The position numbers were made by a program, and so were the translations under genes. A DNA stretch of 64,000 bases, taken from NCBI RefSeq assembly GCF_004010195.1, contig NC_057748.1, positions 1,749,276-1,813,275 of the forward strand, written 5' to 3'. Each line of letters opens with the position of its first letter. The first letter of the stretch is position 1. Positions 61,891 to 64,000 of this stretch are shown piece after piece. This DNA comes from Chiloscyllium plagiosum. Its lineage: Eukaryota. The notes below the pieces were generated by a model. That model saw only the letters and a program-made list of their open reading frames with translations, made no database searches and was not told the origin of the DNA.

Positions 61891-62382
61891 AGTTTTGTAA
61901 GTCTTGGCAGTGTAAGTGCGCATCTAAATACTCCTGAGGGTTTCTGCCTCTCCCCTTATGGGCAACGATGGTTCCAAATGCTTGGTAACAAACTAAATTC
62001 TTGTTGAAGTATAGTCACTGTTGTAATGTCGGAACCGTAGCAACCAGTTTATATTCCCACAAACAGCAAAGTGACAATGATCAGATAATCTGTTTCTTGG
62101 TGATTTGAGGGTTAAATGTTGTTTTAAAGACCAGGGAGAAATTTCAGGCTGCTCTTTGAAACTGTGTCAAGGGATCTTTCCATCCCAGCAGGTAAATAGG
62201 CCTCAGTTTAATTGCTCAAACTATACATGGTCTCCAGGTATGGTCTCACCAAGGCCCTGTACAATTGCGGCATTAATTTTTCACTCCTATATTTCTGTCT
62301 CTTTGCAAGGAATGCTTGCTTTCTTAATATCTTGCCATACCTGCATATTTATGTACAAGAACACTCAGAACCCTCTGAATGT

Positions 62383-62697
62383 GGGCGACACGGTGGCACA
62401 GTGGTTAGCACTGCTGCCTCACAGCGCCTGAGACCCGGGTTCAATTCCTGCCTCAGGCGACTGACTGTGTGGAGTTTGCACGTTCTCCCTGTGTCTGCGT
62501 GGGTTTCCACCGGGTGCTCCGGTTTCCTCCCACAGTCCAAAGATGTGCAGGGTCAGGTGAATTGGCCATGCTAAATTGCCCGTAGTGTTAGGTAAGGGGT
62601 AAATGTAGGGATATGGGTGGGTTTCGCTTCGGCGGGTCGGTGTGGACTTGTTGGGCCGAAGGGCCTGTTTCCACACTGTAATGTAATCAAATCTAAT
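62383..62697 (+). mobile_element. Full-length HE1-type SINE
   Basis: Near-identical to 8902-9230, with A/B boxes and a taatc tail. Confidence 0.9.
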
Positions 62698-63315
62698 ACC
62701 AACGTTGCTTTCCATTTGAAAATATTTTGCTTTTATGTCCTGAGTGAATAACTTTGCAGTTCCCCTCCAAGATCACGTCAGCTGTTTGTACCCATTGACC
62801 AATCTACTTTCCCAGCTAACCTTTTCATGTCATCAGATTTGGATACATTGCTCCCACCCCCTCATGGGGAGTCAGTGATATAGATTATCAATTGTAAATA
62901 CCTGAGATACAGACTCGAATCATCTCGTTACTCAGGCTCCATTCTTTGTGCACACTGCCCAATGGAACCTTGGCTCATTTGCTGCTGATGTTTCTTCCTG
63001 ATCCATATTCCTTGGCCATTTTGCTATTGCGTTTCACTCTCTGGAGTAGTCCCCAAGTTTACCTCAGGCAAAAATGGCTCTTGTGGTGCAGTGGTAGTGA
63101 TCCTCCCTCTGGACCAGGTGGCCTGGGTTGAAGTCCCACCACCTGCTTCAGAGGTTTATGGTGACATCCCTGAACGAGGAAGGCTAGGGAAATACCTAGC
63201 TCAGTCAGACTAGGAGGCTGCACTGTTGCCATTCTCCTGACTCTCACACTGCAGCTAACTGGCCAATCTGGAAAGCAGCCTAGTTATTGCTACTCTTTTT
63301 TTTATATATTAACCA

Positions 63316-63515
63316 GGGTGGCATGGTGGCTCAGTGGTTAGCACTGCTGCCTCACAGCACCAGGGTCCCGGGTTTGATTCCAGCATCGGGTGACTGTCTG
63401 TGTGGAGTTTGTACATTCTCCCCGTGTCTGCGTGGGTTTTCTTCGATTGCTTTGGGCTGAAGGGCCTGTTTCCACACTGTAGGGATTCTAATGTGATCTA
63501 TAATCTAATCTAATA
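63316..63515 (+). mobile_element. Internally deleted HE1-type SINE
   Basis: The tRNA head is joined directly to the 3' tail 'gggctgaagggcctgtttccacactgtag...taatctaatc'. Confidence 0.8.
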
Positions 63516-64000
63516 TAAGCCACGATTCAGTGTAATCGCCACTTGTGCAACATCCGGTCAAATACTTTTTGAAAATGTAAATACTCTACAACAACTGATT
63601 ACTGTTTAATTATGCTGCTAGTTACAACATCAATAGTTCAAACAGATTAATCAAAACTCAATTTGTCTTACATAAATCCTCTGAATAACATTATGATTTT
63701 CTAAGTGACCTGTTACCTTGTCCTAGACAAATTGATTCTAGTATTTCCTCCATTATTGATGCTAGAGAATTGGCCAACAGTTTCCTGGTTTCCGCTGCCT
63801 CCTGTTTTAAATGATGACATTAGATTTGTTTCTTCTACAGAACATAAGAACCAAGTGTAGGCCATTCGGTCCCTCGAGACTGCTCCATTTAATATGACCG
63901 TGGCTAATCTTATTTCAGCTTCAACTTCACTTTCTGCTGCTCTCTGTAACCCTTCAACCCATTACTGTTTAAAACTCTCTCTATCTCCTCCTTATATTTA

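Overview
Eukaryotic DNA from a cartilaginous fish, most likely a shark. The evidence is HE1-type tRNA-SINEs with a (TAATC)n tail, CR1 LINE remnants, a Penelope-like element and 33-bp and ~70-bp minisatellites. The window has four N-gaps, two of them exactly 500 N. Four vertebrate genes can be read, in this order: (1) CBX7 coding exons 1-2 on the minus strand, which the ORF track missed; (2) the last three coding exons and a ~6 kb 3'UTR of an epsin-family gene on plus, with three NPF motifs and a C-terminal NPFLL; (3) a complete GTPBP1 on minus, with 12 canonical exons (679 aa) plus a candidate extra 51-nt exon; (4) the first coding exon of a GRB2-family adaptor, best read as GRAP2/GADS, on plus. 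CBX7, GTPBP1, GRAP2 and ENTHD1 are all human 22q13.1 genes, so the epsin may be a full-length ENTHD1 orthologue. The main points of interest are palindromic Penelope-type repeats carrying minimal hammerhead-ribozyme cores, two of which look intact; copies of CBX7 exon 1 and intron 1 captured inside such repeats; a 75-bp target-site duplication; a repeated motif in the GTPBP1 5' region; and a candidate spliced non-coding transcript. Gene names come from remembered protein sequences and were not confirmed by any database search. Most long ORFs in the track are artefacts of repeats or gaps.
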